Below are positions 46,081-56,072 of a stretch of 61,098 nt of DNA, in pieces (position 1 is the stretch's first letter; each line of letters begins with the position of its first letter). The DNA comes from Verrucomicrobiota bacterium (GTDB taxonomy: Bacteria; Verrucomicrobiota; Verrucomicrobiia; Limisphaerales; UBA1096). The stretch spans positions 1-61,098 of the forward strand of contig JACNJE010000110.1 in assembly GCA_014382705.1 (NCBI GenBank), read 5' to 3'. The translations under genes were made by a program, and so were the position numbers. The notes below the pieces were generated by a model. That model worked only from the letters and a program-made list of their open reading frames with translations. It had not been told where the DNA came from and made no database searches.

Positions 46081-47565
46081 ATGGATTGGCTGTTGATCAT
46101 TGTTTTGTTGCCGCTGCTTGCTGCTGCGGCTGTCGGGGTTGTGCCCGGCAGCCAACGGCGGGCGATCCGCAGCATCACGATCGGCGCGTCCGGCTTGGCG
46201 TTGCTGTGCGCGTTGATTGCGTTTTGCTCGTTCGAGGTCGGCGGCGGGTTGCAGTTTGAAACCAAAGTCGTGTGGGTCGAGAGTCTCGGGCTGCATCTTC
46301 ATTTGGCCGCCGACGGCATCAACATCGGCATCATCTTAATGGGGGCGATCGTGGCGTTCGCGGCGGCCTGCTGCGCGGATGACATCACGCATCGGGTGAA
46401 GGAGTTTCACATTCTACTCAACCTGATGATCGGCGGTATCCTCGGCGCGTTCGCCTCGATGGATCTGTTTTTCTTTTACTTTTTTCACGAACTCGCGCTG
46501 GTGCCGACGTTCATCATGATCGGTGTGTGGGGCAGGGGGGCGAGGCGCAATTACGCCACGTACAAAATCACGCTCTACCTCAGCCTCGGCGCGTTGCTGG
46601 CGCTGATCGGCCTCATCGGCGTTTACGTGCAGACCGGCGCGGAGTCGTTCAGCATCCCGGACTTGATCGCCAAGGTGCAGGAATCGCCAATCGACGAGGC
46701 GGCGCAACAGTGGATTTTTCCGCTGCTGATGTTTGGTTTCGGCATTCTGGTTTCGCTGTGGCCGTTTCACACGTGGGCGCCGCTTGGCTACGGCGCGGCA
46801 CCGACCGCCACCGCGATGCTGCACGCCGGCGTGCTGAAAAAGTTCGGCCTGTACGGCCTTATCCGCGTGGCCATCCCGATGGCACCGGTTGGCGCGCAAA
46901 GTTGGCTCGGCGTGTTGGCGTGGCTGGCCTTGGCCAATCTGCTGTACTGCGGCTTGGTGGCTGTTCGCCAAAAAGACCTCAACCAACTCATCGGCAACTC
47001 CAGTGTCGCGCACATGGGTTTCATATTTCTCGGCATCGCCAGCCTGAACGTGATCGGGCTGACCGGCGCGGTGCTGGTAATGATCGCGCACGGTCTGCTC
47101 GCCGCCTTGGCCTTTGGCTTGAGCGGACATCTGTATCGGCAAACCGGCTCGCTCGACATGAGCCGCATGGGTGGGTTGCTGCGCCAAATGCCGCTCGCCG
47201 GCTCGGCGTTGCTGATGGCGCTGTTCGCTGGTTGTGGGTTGCCCGGCTTTGCCAATTTCGCCGGTGAGATCACGATCTTTTTTGCCGCTTGGTCGGCCGG
47301 GCTGAAGACGGTTACGGTCATCGCCGCGTGGAGCGCGCTGGTGATCGGCGGCCTGTACATGATGCGCGCCATTCGGTGCATCCTGCACGGGCCGCTTGGC
47401 GGCGACTGGGCCAAGGCGGGCGACGTCAGCCCGCTGATCGCGACGGCGCTTGGCCTGTTGCTCGGCGCGCTGCTGGTGTTCGGCTTCGTGCCGGGGTTGC
47501 TGACCAAGGGCATCGAGGGCGAAGCGGCGAAAATCGTGCGCTTGGCCAAGCCGGCCGAACGGTAA
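46081..47565 (+). CDS. nuoM: NADH-quinone oxidoreductase subunit M
   Basis: FFHELALVP, WPFHTWAP, AGVLKKFG, GLPGFANFAGE. Confidence 0.94.
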   Translation: MDWLLIIVLLPLLAAAAVGVVPGSQRRAIRSITIGASGLALLCALIAFCSFEVGGGLQFETKVVWVESLGLHLHLAADGINIGIILMGAIVAFAAACCADDITHRVKEFHILLNLMIGGILGAFASMDLFFFYFFHELALVPTFIMIGVWGRGARRNYATYKITLYLSLGALLALIGLIGVYVQTGAESFSIPDLIAKVQESPIDEAAQQWIFPLLMFGFGILVSLWPFHTWAPLGYGAAPTATAMLHAGVLKKFGLYGLIRVAIPMAPVGAQSWLGVLAWLALANLLYCGLVAVRQKDLNQLIGNSSVAHMGFIFLGIASLNVIGLTGAVLVMIAHGLLAALAFGLSGHLYRQTGSLDMSRMGGLLRQMPLAGSALLMALFAGCGLPGFANFAGEITIFFAAWSAGLKTVTVIAAWSALVIGGLYMMRAIRCILHGPLGGDWAKAGDVSPLIATALGLLLGALLVFGFVPGLLTKGIEGEAAKIVRLAKPAER

Positions 47566-47571
47566 ATCGAC

Positions 47572-49035
47572 ATGGACGGTCAATTGCAATTTGTTCAACT
47601 CGAGATGATGGTCGCGGCGCTTGGCCTGTTGATTCTGCTCGCCGACCTGTTCCTGCCGTCGACGGCTCGCCGCTCGCTGGGCTGGGTTGCCGCCGGGGCG
47701 CTTGGCCTTGTGTTTCTGCTGAGCTTTCGCGGCGGATACGCCGCCTTGGCCGACGCCGAGGCGTTCGGCGGGATTTACCGACTCGACGCCTTGGCGCTTT
47801 TTTTCAAACGCTTCTTTTTGCTTTCGGCGATCTTTGTGCTCGTGTTCGCGGTGGACTTCGCCGCGCGATTGAGGGGCGGCGTGTCGGAGTATCTCGCGTT
47901 CATCCTGTTCGCGTTGACGGGAATGATGTTCGCCTCGTCGGCCAACGACTTTAGCCTGTTGTTCGTCTCGATTGAGTTGATCACGGTGACGTTTTACATT
48001 CTCGTCAGCTTTCAGCGGCATCGGCTGCACTCTCTCGAGGCGGGGGTGAAATATCTTATCCTCGGTGCCGTGTCGTCGGCGTTTTTGGTGTACGGCATTG
48101 CGCTCGTGTTCGGCGAGGCCGGGAGTCTCAAGTTCGACGCGATCCGCGCCGCGCACGCCGGGTTGCTGGGGAGCAACGTGTTCTTGTTTGGGATGTTGTT
48201 CGTGTTCGCTGGGCTGGCGTTTAAGATTTCCGCGTTCCCGTTTCAGGTGTGGGCACCGGATGTTTATCAGGGCGCGCCGACGCCCACGACGACGTTTCTC
48301 GCGGTCGGCTCGAAGGCGGCCGGCTTCGTGCTCCTGATCCGCCTGTTCGGCAGCGTCGTTCCGGAACTCACCGCCCAGTGGACGGGCATGCTGATGGTGG
48401 TTGCTGCGCTGACAATTTTGTACGGCAACCTCTGCGCCGTGCCGCAGCGCAATCTCAAACGGCTGTTGGCCTATTCCGGCATCGCCAACGCCGGCTACCT
48501 GCTGATGGGCATCGTGGCCCAGTCGGACGACGGCAAGGCGGCGATTTTGTATTACCTCGCCGGATACCTGTTCACGCTTGTGGCGACGTTCATGATCATC
48601 CATCTCATCACCAGCGAAGGGGAAGGGGAGGACATCGCCTGTCTCGCCGGGCTGAACAAACGCTCGCCGTTCCTGGCATTCGTGCTGGCGTTGTGCTCCG
48701 TGTCGCTCGCCGGCATCCCACCGTTGGCCGGGTTCTTCGGCAAATTTCTGCTGGTGAAATCGGTTGCCGCCAAGGCGTTCGGCGACGCCGGTTACTTCGC
48801 GCTGCTGGCCGTGGCAGTGTTCGGAGTCGTCGTGTCGATCTACTACTACTTCGGCATCATTCGCGCCATTTATTGGCCGAAAGACACCTCCGACGACTCG
48901 CCGGTACCGATCGCTTGGCCAACACGAATCGCGCTTGGCCTCTGCGTCGCGGCGATCCTTTATCTCGGTCTGCTGCCCGATAAACCGATTAACTGGGCCA
49001 ACGCCGCCGCCAAGATCGAGTCTGCTCCCGACTAA
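47572..49035 (+). CDS. nuoN: NADH-quinone oxidoreductase subunit N
   Basis: FVSIEL, EAGVKYL, FKISAFPFQVWAPDVYQGAP, AGIPPLAGFFGKF. Confidence 0.95.
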   Translation: MDGQLQFVQLEMMVAALGLLILLADLFLPSTARRSLGWVAAGALGLVFLLSFRGGYAALADAEAFGGIYRLDALALFFKRFFLLSAIFVLVFAVDFAARLRGGVSEYLAFILFALTGMMFASSANDFSLLFVSIELITVTFYILVSFQRHRLHSLEAGVKYLILGAVSSAFLVYGIALVFGEAGSLKFDAIRAAHAGLLGSNVFLFGMLFVFAGLAFKISAFPFQVWAPDVYQGAPTPTTTFLAVGSKAAGFVLLIRLFGSVVPELTAQWTGMLMVVAALTILYGNLCAVPQRNLKRLLAYSGIANAGYLLMGIVAQSDDGKAAILYYLAGYLFTLVATFMIIHLITSEGEGEDIACLAGLNKRSPFLAFVLALCSVSLAGIPPLAGFFGKFLLVKSVAAKAFGDAGYFALLAVAVFGVVVSIYYYFGIIRAIYWPKDTSDDSPVPIAWPTRIALGLCVAAILYLGLLPDKPINWANAAAKIESAPD

Positions 49036-49363
49036 ACGCAGTGGGCGCGGAGTACCCAAATTCGTCCTCGACCAGAAACTCACGCGAAGCCGCGAAGCCG
49101 CGAAGAAGCATCAATATCAACCGCGAATGGACGCCAATGAACGCGAAAAGAGAGAAATGAACATCGATGGCCAGGATGGACAGGAAGGAATCCGCAGATG
49201 ACGCAGATGATCGCAGATTAAAACAGGAAACAAATCTGCGCTCATCTGCGGATAAACAATCCTTCGCGTCCATTCGAGTCCATTTGCGGTTCCCCCCTCT
49301 CTTTCTTTTCTTCGCGGCTTCGCGCCTTCGCGTGAAAAACCCTTTCAGCAGCCCTCTGCGTTT
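49034..49363. repeat. Four-layer nested inverted-repeat array (nuoN/dprA convergent gap)
   Basis: Pairs: 49034-49046 with 49351-49363; (CGCGAAG)x3 49080-49105 with 49310-49335; (CGCGAAT)x3 49119-49147 with 49263-49291; (CGCAGAT)x3 49190-49219 with 49233-49253. Confidence 0.9.
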
Positions 49364-49376
49364 TTAATCCGCGGAA

Positions 49377-50477
49377 TCAGCGGCGGGTGAAAAGTTTACC
49401 GGGGAGTTGCTTGGCCAAGCGCTTCATCTCCAGCCCGAGTAGCGCCACCGAAACTGTCGGCGTGGGCAGTCCGCTTTGGGCGATAATCGTGTCGATTGGT
49501 TGTTCGGTGGCGTCGAGAACGTCGAACACCGCCTGCTCCTGCTCCGTAAGATTGGCCAACGGCACCGGCTCCGCTTCATCCGCTTGGCCAGGCGCTTGGC
49601 CAAGCGCAAGATGCTCAAACTCGGTGAGGATGTCGTCGGCGTTCTCGCACAGCGCGGCCCCGTTGCGGATGAGGTTGTGGCAGCCGCGGCTTTGCGGTGA
49701 GTCGATCCGGCCCGGCACGGCGAACACCTGCCGGTTGTTGTCGGCGGCCATGTTGGCGGTGATCAGCGAGCCGCTTTTCAAGTCGGCCTCGACGACCACC
49801 GTGCCGAGCGTCATCCCGGCGACGATGCGGTTGCGGATCGGGAAGCTCTGCTTGTCGCCCTTCCGGTTGAACGGGAACTGGGTGATCACTGCGCCGTTGT
49901 CGGCGATGCGCCCGTACAACTCCGCGTTCTCCGCCGGGTAAACGATGTTGATGCCGTTGCCGAGCACGGCGACCGTGCGCCCCTTGCCCGAGAGCGCGCC
50001 TTGGTGCGAGGCGGAGTCGATGCCGCGCGCGCCGCCGCTGACCACCGTGACACCGTGCCCGGCGAGTTGGTAGGCCAACTTGCGGGCGGCGTCCTGCCCG
50101 TAATGCGTCGTGCGCCGAGCGCCGACCATGGCGATGCTGTTTTTGTCTCCCGGCAGCAGGCGGCCCTTCACGTAAAGGAGGATTGGAGGATCGTAAATCT
50201 CGCGAAGCAACTCCGGGTATTCATCATCGGCCTGAAACACAAGCCGCGCACCGAACTCCTCCACGCGCTTCAATTCCCCGGCCAAGTCGGTGGTGGATTG
50301 CCACTGGACGATCGTGCCGGCCAGGTCGTCGCCGATACCCTTGACGCGCACCAGCGCCGAGCGGTTCGCCTGCAGCACCTTTGCTGCATCGCCGAAAAAC
50401 TCGAGCAACTGCCGCACCCGAACCGGCCCGATCCCCTCGAGCAGATTCAACACCACCAAAGCCTCGCGCGCGTCCAC
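49377..50477 (-). CDS. dprA: DNA-processing protein DprA/Smf
   Basis: YPELLREIYDPP, VGARR, VVSGGARGID, FPIRNRIVAG, VVEADLKSGSLITA, VFAVPG and C-terminal winged helix. Confidence 0.95.
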   Translation of the reverse strand: MDAREALVVLNLLEGIGPVRVRQLLEFFGDAAKVLQANRSALVRVKGIGDDLAGTIVQWQSTTDLAGELKRVEEFGARLVFQADDEYPELLREIYDPPILLYVKGRLLPGDKNSIAMVGARRTTHYGQDAARKLAYQLAGHGVTVVSGGARGIDSASHQGALSGKGRTVAVLGNGINIVYPAENAELYGRIADNGAVITQFPFNRKGDKQSFPIRNRIVAGMTLGTVVVEADLKSGSLITANMAADNNRQVFAVPGRIDSPQSRGCHNLIRNGAALCENADDILTEFEHLALGQAPGQADEAEPVPLANLTEQEQAVFDVLDATEQPIDTIIAQSGLPTPTVSVALLGLEMKRLAKQLPGKLFTRR

Positions 50478-50574
50478 GGGCGGACGTTAGCGGGGGAGGT
50501 GAACCGAGGCCAGCGGGAAAGGAAACGGCGGCCGATGGGCCGACGTTGGGGAACAGAAAAGTCTTGTGGTTGAC

Positions 50575-51558
50575 TCAGGCTTCCGACGTGCAGGCGTCGT
50601 AGAAGTCGAGGAACTTGTTTTTCTCCTCGGTGTCGCGGACGCGCATGGCGGCACGCGGGTGCTGGTTTAGGATGCCGGTGACCACGTACGGGATGAGGGC
50701 ACCCCATTCCTTGGTGCGGCGCAGCGGCATGAGTTGATCCTGCAGCAGCTTGAAGATGGGGCGAAGGTCGAACTTCGGGTTTTTCAAGAAGCCGAGCAGC
50801 AGTTCCATCGGGCAGTTGCCGGCACCGCGACCTAGGCCGAGCATGGTGGCGTCGATGCGGTTGGCGCCCTGGATGATCGCCTCGATCGTGTTGGCGAAGG
50901 CGAGTTGCATGTTGTTGTGCGTGTGGATGCCGACCTCCTTGCCGGTGGCCTTGGCCATGGTGACATACTTTTTCACCAGTTCACGAATCTGCTCATGGTA
51001 CAACGCGCCGTAGCTGTCGACGACGACGACGGTCTCCACCGGCGTCCCGGCCAGTGTGTCCAGCGCTTGGTCGATCTCGGAGTCGGCGACGGTGCTGATG
51101 GCCATGATATTGCAGCAGGTTTCGTAGCCTTTGTCGTGGGCGTCCTGAATCATGTCCACCGCCGTGGGGATCTGGTGGGCATACGTGGCGACGCGGATGC
51201 AGTCGAGCACGCTTTGCTCGGCCGGCAGGATGTCGGTCTTGTAGTCGGTCTTGCCGGCGTCGGCCATCGCGGTGAGCTTGAGCGGGCTGTCGTTGTCGCC
51301 GACGATCCGGCGCAGGTCGTCCTCGTCGCAATATTTCCAGTCGCCGTGGTCCGCGCGGGCAAATTGCGTCTTGGAGGCCTTGTAGCCCAGTTCCATGTAG
51401 TCGATGCCGGCGGCGATGGCGGCGTCGTAGACGGCCTTGACGAAGTCGTCCTCAAACTGATGATTGTTGATGAGGCCCCCGTCGCGGACGGTGCAGTCAA
51501 GAACCTTGATCTCGGGGCGGAAGGTCACCCACGGTGCATTATCTTTCGAAGCGGTCAT
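50575..51558 (-). CDS. DRE-TIM metallolyase, 4-hydroxy-2-oxovalerate aldolase-like
   Basis: LDCTVRDGG, VDSYG, GIHTHNN, GLGRGAGNCP. Start at ATG 51558. Confidence 0.8.
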   Translation of the reverse strand: MTASKDNAPWVTFRPEIKVLDCTVRDGGLINNHQFEDDFVKAVYDAAIAAGIDYMELGYKASKTQFARADHGDWKYCDEDDLRRIVGDNDSPLKLTAMADAGKTDYKTDILPAEQSVLDCIRVATYAHQIPTAVDMIQDAHDKGYETCCNIMAISTVADSEIDQALDTLAGTPVETVVVVDSYGALYHEQIRELVKKYVTMAKATGKEVGIHTHNNMQLAFANTIEAIIQGANRIDATMLGLGRGAGNCPMELLLGFLKNPKFDLRPIFKLLQDQLMPLRRTKEWGALIPYVVTGILNQHPRAAMRVRDTEEKNKFLDFYDACTSEA

Positions 51559-51695
51559 AGATTTTCTGTTGCTGGGAAGTCGAAAAGCCTTGAGACCCAA
51601 TAAGTTGGGTCTTCAGCCTGTCGTTTTCCCGGCGAAAAAGGGCGGCAAATGTCTTAAAATCCGCGCCAAAAGTGAAGCGTTAAAAACGGCTTTGC

Positions 51696-53321
51696 TCACT
51701 TTTTCTCCGCTTGGCCGGGTTTTCTGGCGTAGATGGCGCTGATGGGGTGGATGTCCAGGATGTTCGGGTGGATGCCGCCGATGCGCTCCGGGTGATAAAT
51801 ATTGATGCCGACATAGAAGAACAGAGGAACAATCGGCAGTTCATCCGCGATGAGGAGCCTTTCCGCCTCGCGGAACAGCGCGTTGCGCTTGGCCAAGTCG
51901 GAAGTGGCGTTGGCTCGGCGGATGAGTTGGTCGTAGTCGGCATTCACCCAGCCGGTGCGGTTGTTGCCGTTCTGCGCCATGAACATGTCGAGGAACGTGT
52001 TGGGGTCGTTGTAGTCGCCGATCCAGCTGCTGCGGGAGACGTGGTAGTCGAGCGCGCTTTGGGCGGCGAGGTACACCTTGTTTTCCGCCTGGCGCAGCTT
52101 GATCTGGATGCCCAGCGTGTCGCGCCACATGCGTTGCAACTCAACCGCGATGTTCCTGTTCAGGTCGCTCGAGTTGAACAGGTACTCGAAGTCAGCAGGG
52201 AAACCGTCGCCGCCGGGGTAGCCGGCCTCGGCGAGCAGTCGCTTGGCCAAGCCGGGATCGTGCGCCGGGCCGCTTGGCGGGGTGTAGTCGCCGGTGCCGG
52301 GCGGGACAAAGTGGGCGGCCAAGCGCTCGCCGCCCTTGGTGAATTTCGTGACCAGTCGGGCCTTGTCGATCGCCATCGCCATCGCCTTGCGGACGCGCGG
52401 ATCGTCGAGCGGTTTTTTCGTGATATTGAATCGCACGAAATAGGTGCCGAGGTAGTCGAACCGGTGAAAGTCGGGCCGCGGGCTGAGGGCGTCAAGCAGC
52501 TCGGTCGGCACGAGGCTCTTGTCCCAGATGACATCGGCCTGGCCGGCTTCGTAAAGGTTGATCGCGGTGGCCGGCACCTCAACCGGCAGCAGGTCGACGA
52601 CCCCGTTGCGCGTGTTGGCCGCGTCCCAGTAGTGTTCATTTTTGCGGAGGCGAATCCGGTCGCGCACCCGCCAGAAGTCGAGCGTGTGCGAGCCGCTCAC
52701 CGGCAGCGGCCGGCTGAGGCACCATTGGTCGCCGTGTTGCTCGATACTCTCTTGGGGCACGACGGCCAGTGTCCAAAAGGCGCACAGCTCGAGAAAAAAC
52801 GGGGTGGGGGCGGCCAACTCGACTCGCACGGTTTGGTCGTTGATGGCCCGCACGCCAAGCCGGGCGAGGTCGGTGATCTTTCCGCCGTTGATGGCCTCGG
52901 CGTTTTTTACATAAAAAAGCATCCCGGCGTAATCGCTGGCGGTGGCGGGATCGACGGCGCGGCGCCACGAGTAAACGACGTCGTGCGCAGTGATCGGCTC
53001 GCCGGTGGACCAACGAATGCCGTCCCGCAGGTGAAATGTGTAAACGATGCCGTCGCCGGAAATGTCCCAGCGCTTGGCCAAGGCCGGCTCGGCCTGGGCG
53101 GTGACGGCGTTGAAGCGGGTGAGCCCCTCGAACATCGCCGAGACAATACGGCCGTCCGCCTGGCTGGTGATGATGGCCGGGTCGAGCGACTCGGGGTCGG
53201 GGCCGTTGATGATGACGAAGTCGGCCGGTTCGTGCTGCTGAAAACAGCCGGCTTGGCCAAGCAGGCAGAGGCACAAAAAAAGCGTCCCCAGCCGATGCAC
53301 AGGAACGCCGTTGAAAGTCAT
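51696..53321 (-). CDS. Peptide ABC transporter substrate-binding lipoprotein (OppA-like, family 5)
   Basis: PESLDP, FEGL, YTFHLR...WSTGEPITAHDV, WIGDYNDP; lipobox-like LLGQAGC. Start at ATG 53321. Confidence 0.88.
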   Translation of the reverse strand: MTFNGVPVHRLGTLFLCLCLLGQAGCFQQHEPADFVIINGPDPESLDPAIITSQADGRIVSAMFEGLTRFNAVTAQAEPALAKRWDISGDGIVYTFHLRDGIRWSTGEPITAHDVVYSWRRAVDPATASDYAGMLFYVKNAEAINGGKITDLARLGVRAINDQTVRVELAAPTPFFLELCAFWTLAVVPQESIEQHGDQWCLSRPLPVSGSHTLDFWRVRDRIRLRKNEHYWDAANTRNGVVDLLPVEVPATAINLYEAGQADVIWDKSLVPTELLDALSPRPDFHRFDYLGTYFVRFNITKKPLDDPRVRKAMAMAIDKARLVTKFTKGGERLAAHFVPPGTGDYTPPSGPAHDPGLAKRLLAEAGYPGGDGFPADFEYLFNSSDLNRNIAVELQRMWRDTLGIQIKLRQAENKVYLAAQSALDYHVSRSSWIGDYNDPNTFLDMFMAQNGNNRTGWVNADYDQLIRRANATSDLAKRNALFREAERLLIADELPIVPLFFYVGINIYHPERIGGIHPNILDIHPISAIYARKPGQAEKK

Positions 53322-53334
53322 GGGAGACTCCCGG

Positions 53335-53832
53335 TTATTTTTTCTCCGCGCCATCCGGCGGTGTGGCCGGTGATTCAGCCGGTTTCTCCGGGGCAGCCGG
53401 AGGGGTGGGCACTTCGGGAGCCTTCGGTGCAGGGGAGTCCGCAGCACCGGCCAGGGCGTCATCCATCTTGCCGGTCACTTCCGCTTCAACCGACGTGGCC
53501 GCCGGTGTCGTGGCCGGCACCGTGGTGGGTGTTGTGGCCGGAGTCGTGGCGGGGGCCGCTTGGGCGCCGATGCGTGTGCTGAGGTCGTCCTTGCCGGGGT
53601 TGCCGATGATGGCCAGCACGAGGCAAAGCAACAGGAAAAGCGATGCGGAGACCTTGGTGAGCTTGGTCAGCATGTTTCCCGCGCCGGCACCGAGTGCCAT
53701 GTCCAGCGTGCCGCCGCCGAAGGCCAAGCCGGAGCCGGACTCCTTTTTCGGCAGCTGAATCAGGATCAGCAGCACGAGGAAAAAGCAGTTCAGGACAAGT
53801 ACGGTTGTCAATATTCCAATCAGGACAGTCAT
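53335..53832 (-). CDS. secG: Preprotein translocase subunit SecG with long Ala/Pro/Thr tail
   Basis: LILIQ...GLAFGGG...G..NMLTKLT two-TM pattern; follows tpiA. Confidence 0.88.
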   Translation of the reverse strand: MTVLIGILTTVLVLNCFFLVLLILIQLPKKESGSGLAFGGGTLDMALGAGAGNMLTKLTKVSASLFLLLCLVLAIIGNPGKDDLSTRIGAQAAPATTPATTPTTVPATTPAATSVEAEVTGKMDDALAGAADSPAPKAPEVPTPPAAPEKPAESPATPPDGAEKK

Positions 53833-53847
53833 GGTTCTATTTTTCTA

Positions 53848-54612
53848 TCAGATCGAGTTCAGGATAATCTCGGAAAAGTTTCTCACATCCAGCGAGGCAC
53901 CGCCGACCAGCGCACCGTCCACGTCCGGCTGGCTCATCAACTCCCGGGCGTTGTCCGGCTTCACGCTGCCGCCGTACTGGATGCGCACCCGCTTGGCCGT
54001 GTCCTCATCAAATAGGTCGCCCAGCAGGTTGCGAATGAACGCATGCACTTCCTGCGCTTGGGCGGAGGTGGCGGTTTTGCCGGTGCCGATGGCCCAAACC
54101 GGCTCGTAGGCGACGACCGTGCCCTCCATTTGCCCGGCGGTCAAGCCCGCCAAGCTGCCGCGGATCTGCGATCCGACGATCTCCTCCGTACGGCCGCTCT
54201 CTCGATCCTCAAGCTGTTCGCCAACGCAGACAATCGGCTTCAGGCCGGTCTCGTGCGCGGCCTTGGCCTTGGCGGCGACCAGTTCGTCCGACTCGCGCTG
54301 GTATTGGCGCCGCTCGGAGTGGCCAAGGATGACGTATCTCGCGGAGAACTCCTTGAGCATTCCGGCGGCGGTTTCGCCGGTGTGGGCGCCGTAGCCGTGC
54401 TCGCTCATGTTTTGCGCGCCGAGCCGGATGTTGGAGTCGAGGACTGCCTCCGACACCGCGGCCAGCGCGGTGAATGGCGGGCAGACGGCGATGTCCACCT
54501 CCGTCACATCCTTGAGTTCGCGAACCAACCCATCGGCCAAGTCGAGCGACTCGGCGACGGTCTTGTTCATCTTCCAGTTTCCAGCAATAAAGAGTTTCCG
54601 TTCTTTTTCCAT
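53848..54612 (-). CDS. tpiA: Triosephosphate isomerase
   Basis: AGNWKMN, GHSERR, AYEPVWAIGTG, YGGSVKP, GALVGGASL. Confidence 0.98.
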   Translation of the reverse strand: MEKERKLFIAGNWKMNKTVAESLDLADGLVRELKDVTEVDIAVCPPFTALAAVSEAVLDSNIRLGAQNMSEHGYGAHTGETAAGMLKEFSARYVILGHSERRQYQRESDELVAAKAKAAHETGLKPIVCVGEQLEDRESGRTEEIVGSQIRGSLAGLTAGQMEGTVVAYEPVWAIGTGKTATSAQAQEVHAFIRNLLGDLFDEDTAKRVRIQYGGSVKPDNARELMSQPDVDGALVGGASLDVRNFSEIILNSI

Positions 54613-54619
54613 TTGCAAA

Positions 54620-55852
54620 TTACTTGTCGGTCAAGGCCGCGACGCCGGGCAGCGCCTTGCCCTCGAGAAACTCGAGGCTCGCTCCGCCGCCGGTGCTCAT
54701 GAAGGTGACTTGGTCGCCGAGGCCGGCGTTGTTCAGCGCCTTCACGCTGTCGCCGCCGCCGATGATGCTCTTGGCCCCGTTGGCGGTCGCCTCGCACACG
54801 GACTTGGCCACGGCAAACGTGCCCCCGGCAAAGCGCTCATCCTCGAAGATGCCCATCGGGCCGTTCCACAAAATCGTCCTCGCCCCGGCGACCACTCCCC
54901 GAAACACCTCCGCCGACTTGGGGCCGATGTCGACGCCCTCGAAATCGACCGGGATGTTTTCGCTGTCGTTCACGCGGTGATCGCCAAACGCGAACTTGCC
55001 GTCGATCTCCGTCGGCTCGGCGATGATGTTGTCGGTCGGGATCAAAAACTGCACGCCGCGCTCGGCAGCCTTGTCGAGAGCGGCCCGGGCGACGTCGACC
55101 TTGTCGGGTTCCACCAACGACTTGCCGACGGTGAGCCCCTTGGCCAGCTTGAAGGTGTATGCCATCGCGCCGCCGATGAGAATCGTGTCGGCCTTCTCAA
55201 GCAGACGGTCGATCACCTTGATTTTATCGGACACCTTCGCCCCGCCGAGAATCACAACGAACGGGCGCTCTGGCGACTCGAGTTCGTCGCCTAGAAATTG
55301 CAACTCGCGCTCCATCAGCAGGCCGGCCACGCATTGGCCGCCTCGAGCGGCAATGAGGTTGGCCACCCCGACGGTGGAGGCGTGTGCGCGGTGGGCGGCG
55401 CCAAAGGCGTCATTCACAAAAATGTCCGTGCCCTTAGCGAGCTGCCCGGCGAAGGCCGGGTCGTTGGCCTCCTCCTCGGCGTGGTAGCGGACGTTTTCCA
55501 ATAGCAGCAGCCCGCCGTCCTCCAGCTTGGCTGCGGCATCCTCGGCCGCTTGGCCAACGCATCGATCGCAAAAGGCAACCGGCTGGCCGATTAAGCCGGC
55601 GAGTTTGTCGGCGACGGGACGCAGGCTCATCGACGGCACACGCTCGCCCTTCGGCCGGCCAAGGTGCGCGGCAAGAGTGATTCTCGCGCCGCGCTCGATC
55701 ATCAACCTGAGCGTCGGCAGCGTGGCGCGGATGCGGGTGTCGTCGTTGATCACCATCATGCCGTCCTGCTCGGCCATCGGTACGTTGTAGTCGACGCGTG
55801 CCAGCACGCGTTTACCCCGCAGGTCGATGTCGTTGATGGTCAGCTTAGCCAT
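54620..55852 (-). CDS. pgk: Phosphoglycerate kinase
   Basis: RVDYNVP, HLGRP, NDAFGAAHRAHAS, GGAKVSDK, STGGGASLEFLEG. Confidence 0.98.
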   Translation of the reverse strand: MAKLTINDIDLRGKRVLARVDYNVPMAEQDGMMVINDDTRIRATLPTLRLMIERGARITLAAHLGRPKGERVPSMSLRPVADKLAGLIGQPVAFCDRCVGQAAEDAAAKLEDGGLLLLENVRYHAEEEANDPAFAGQLAKGTDIFVNDAFGAAHRAHASTVGVANLIAARGGQCVAGLLMERELQFLGDELESPERPFVVILGGAKVSDKIKVIDRLLEKADTILIGGAMAYTFKLAKGLTVGKSLVEPDKVDVARAALDKAAERGVQFLIPTDNIIAEPTEIDGKFAFGDHRVNDSENIPVDFEGVDIGPKSAEVFRGVVAGARTILWNGPMGIFEDERFAGGTFAVAKSVCEATANGAKSIIGGGDSVKALNNAGLGDQVTFMSTGGGASLEFLEGKALPGVAALTDK

Positions 55853-55876
55853 TTACCCCCGAAAAAAGGGCGCGAA

Positions 55877-55904
55877 ATCATACCCGCGAACCCTTGGCTG
55901 TCAA
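55877..55904 (-). promoter_or_regulatory. Near-consensus sigma70 promoter of pgk-tpiA-secG
   Basis: TTGACA-N16-TATGAT, 24 nt upstream of the pgk ATG. Confidence 0.75.
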
Positions 55905-56072
55905 CGGTTATGTGAAGCTGTTTCAGCCGAAAAACGGCCGTTCTTACTGCAAGCGGGAGCAGGGCGGCTTGGCCAAGCGCTTGGCCAAGTTGTTGTTCAT
56001 CACGACGCATAAGGCAAATTCGCGGTGGGAACATCTTGCCGATTGGATGCCATGTCCATACTCTCCCCGGCG

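Noticed and set aside
49377-50477. dprA plus prepilin-like genes as proof that the palindrome is a DNA-uptake sequence
   Set aside because: dprA is widespread, these prepilin-like genes are not recognisable competence pilins, and known uptake sequences are not palindromic. Kept only as one hypothesis.
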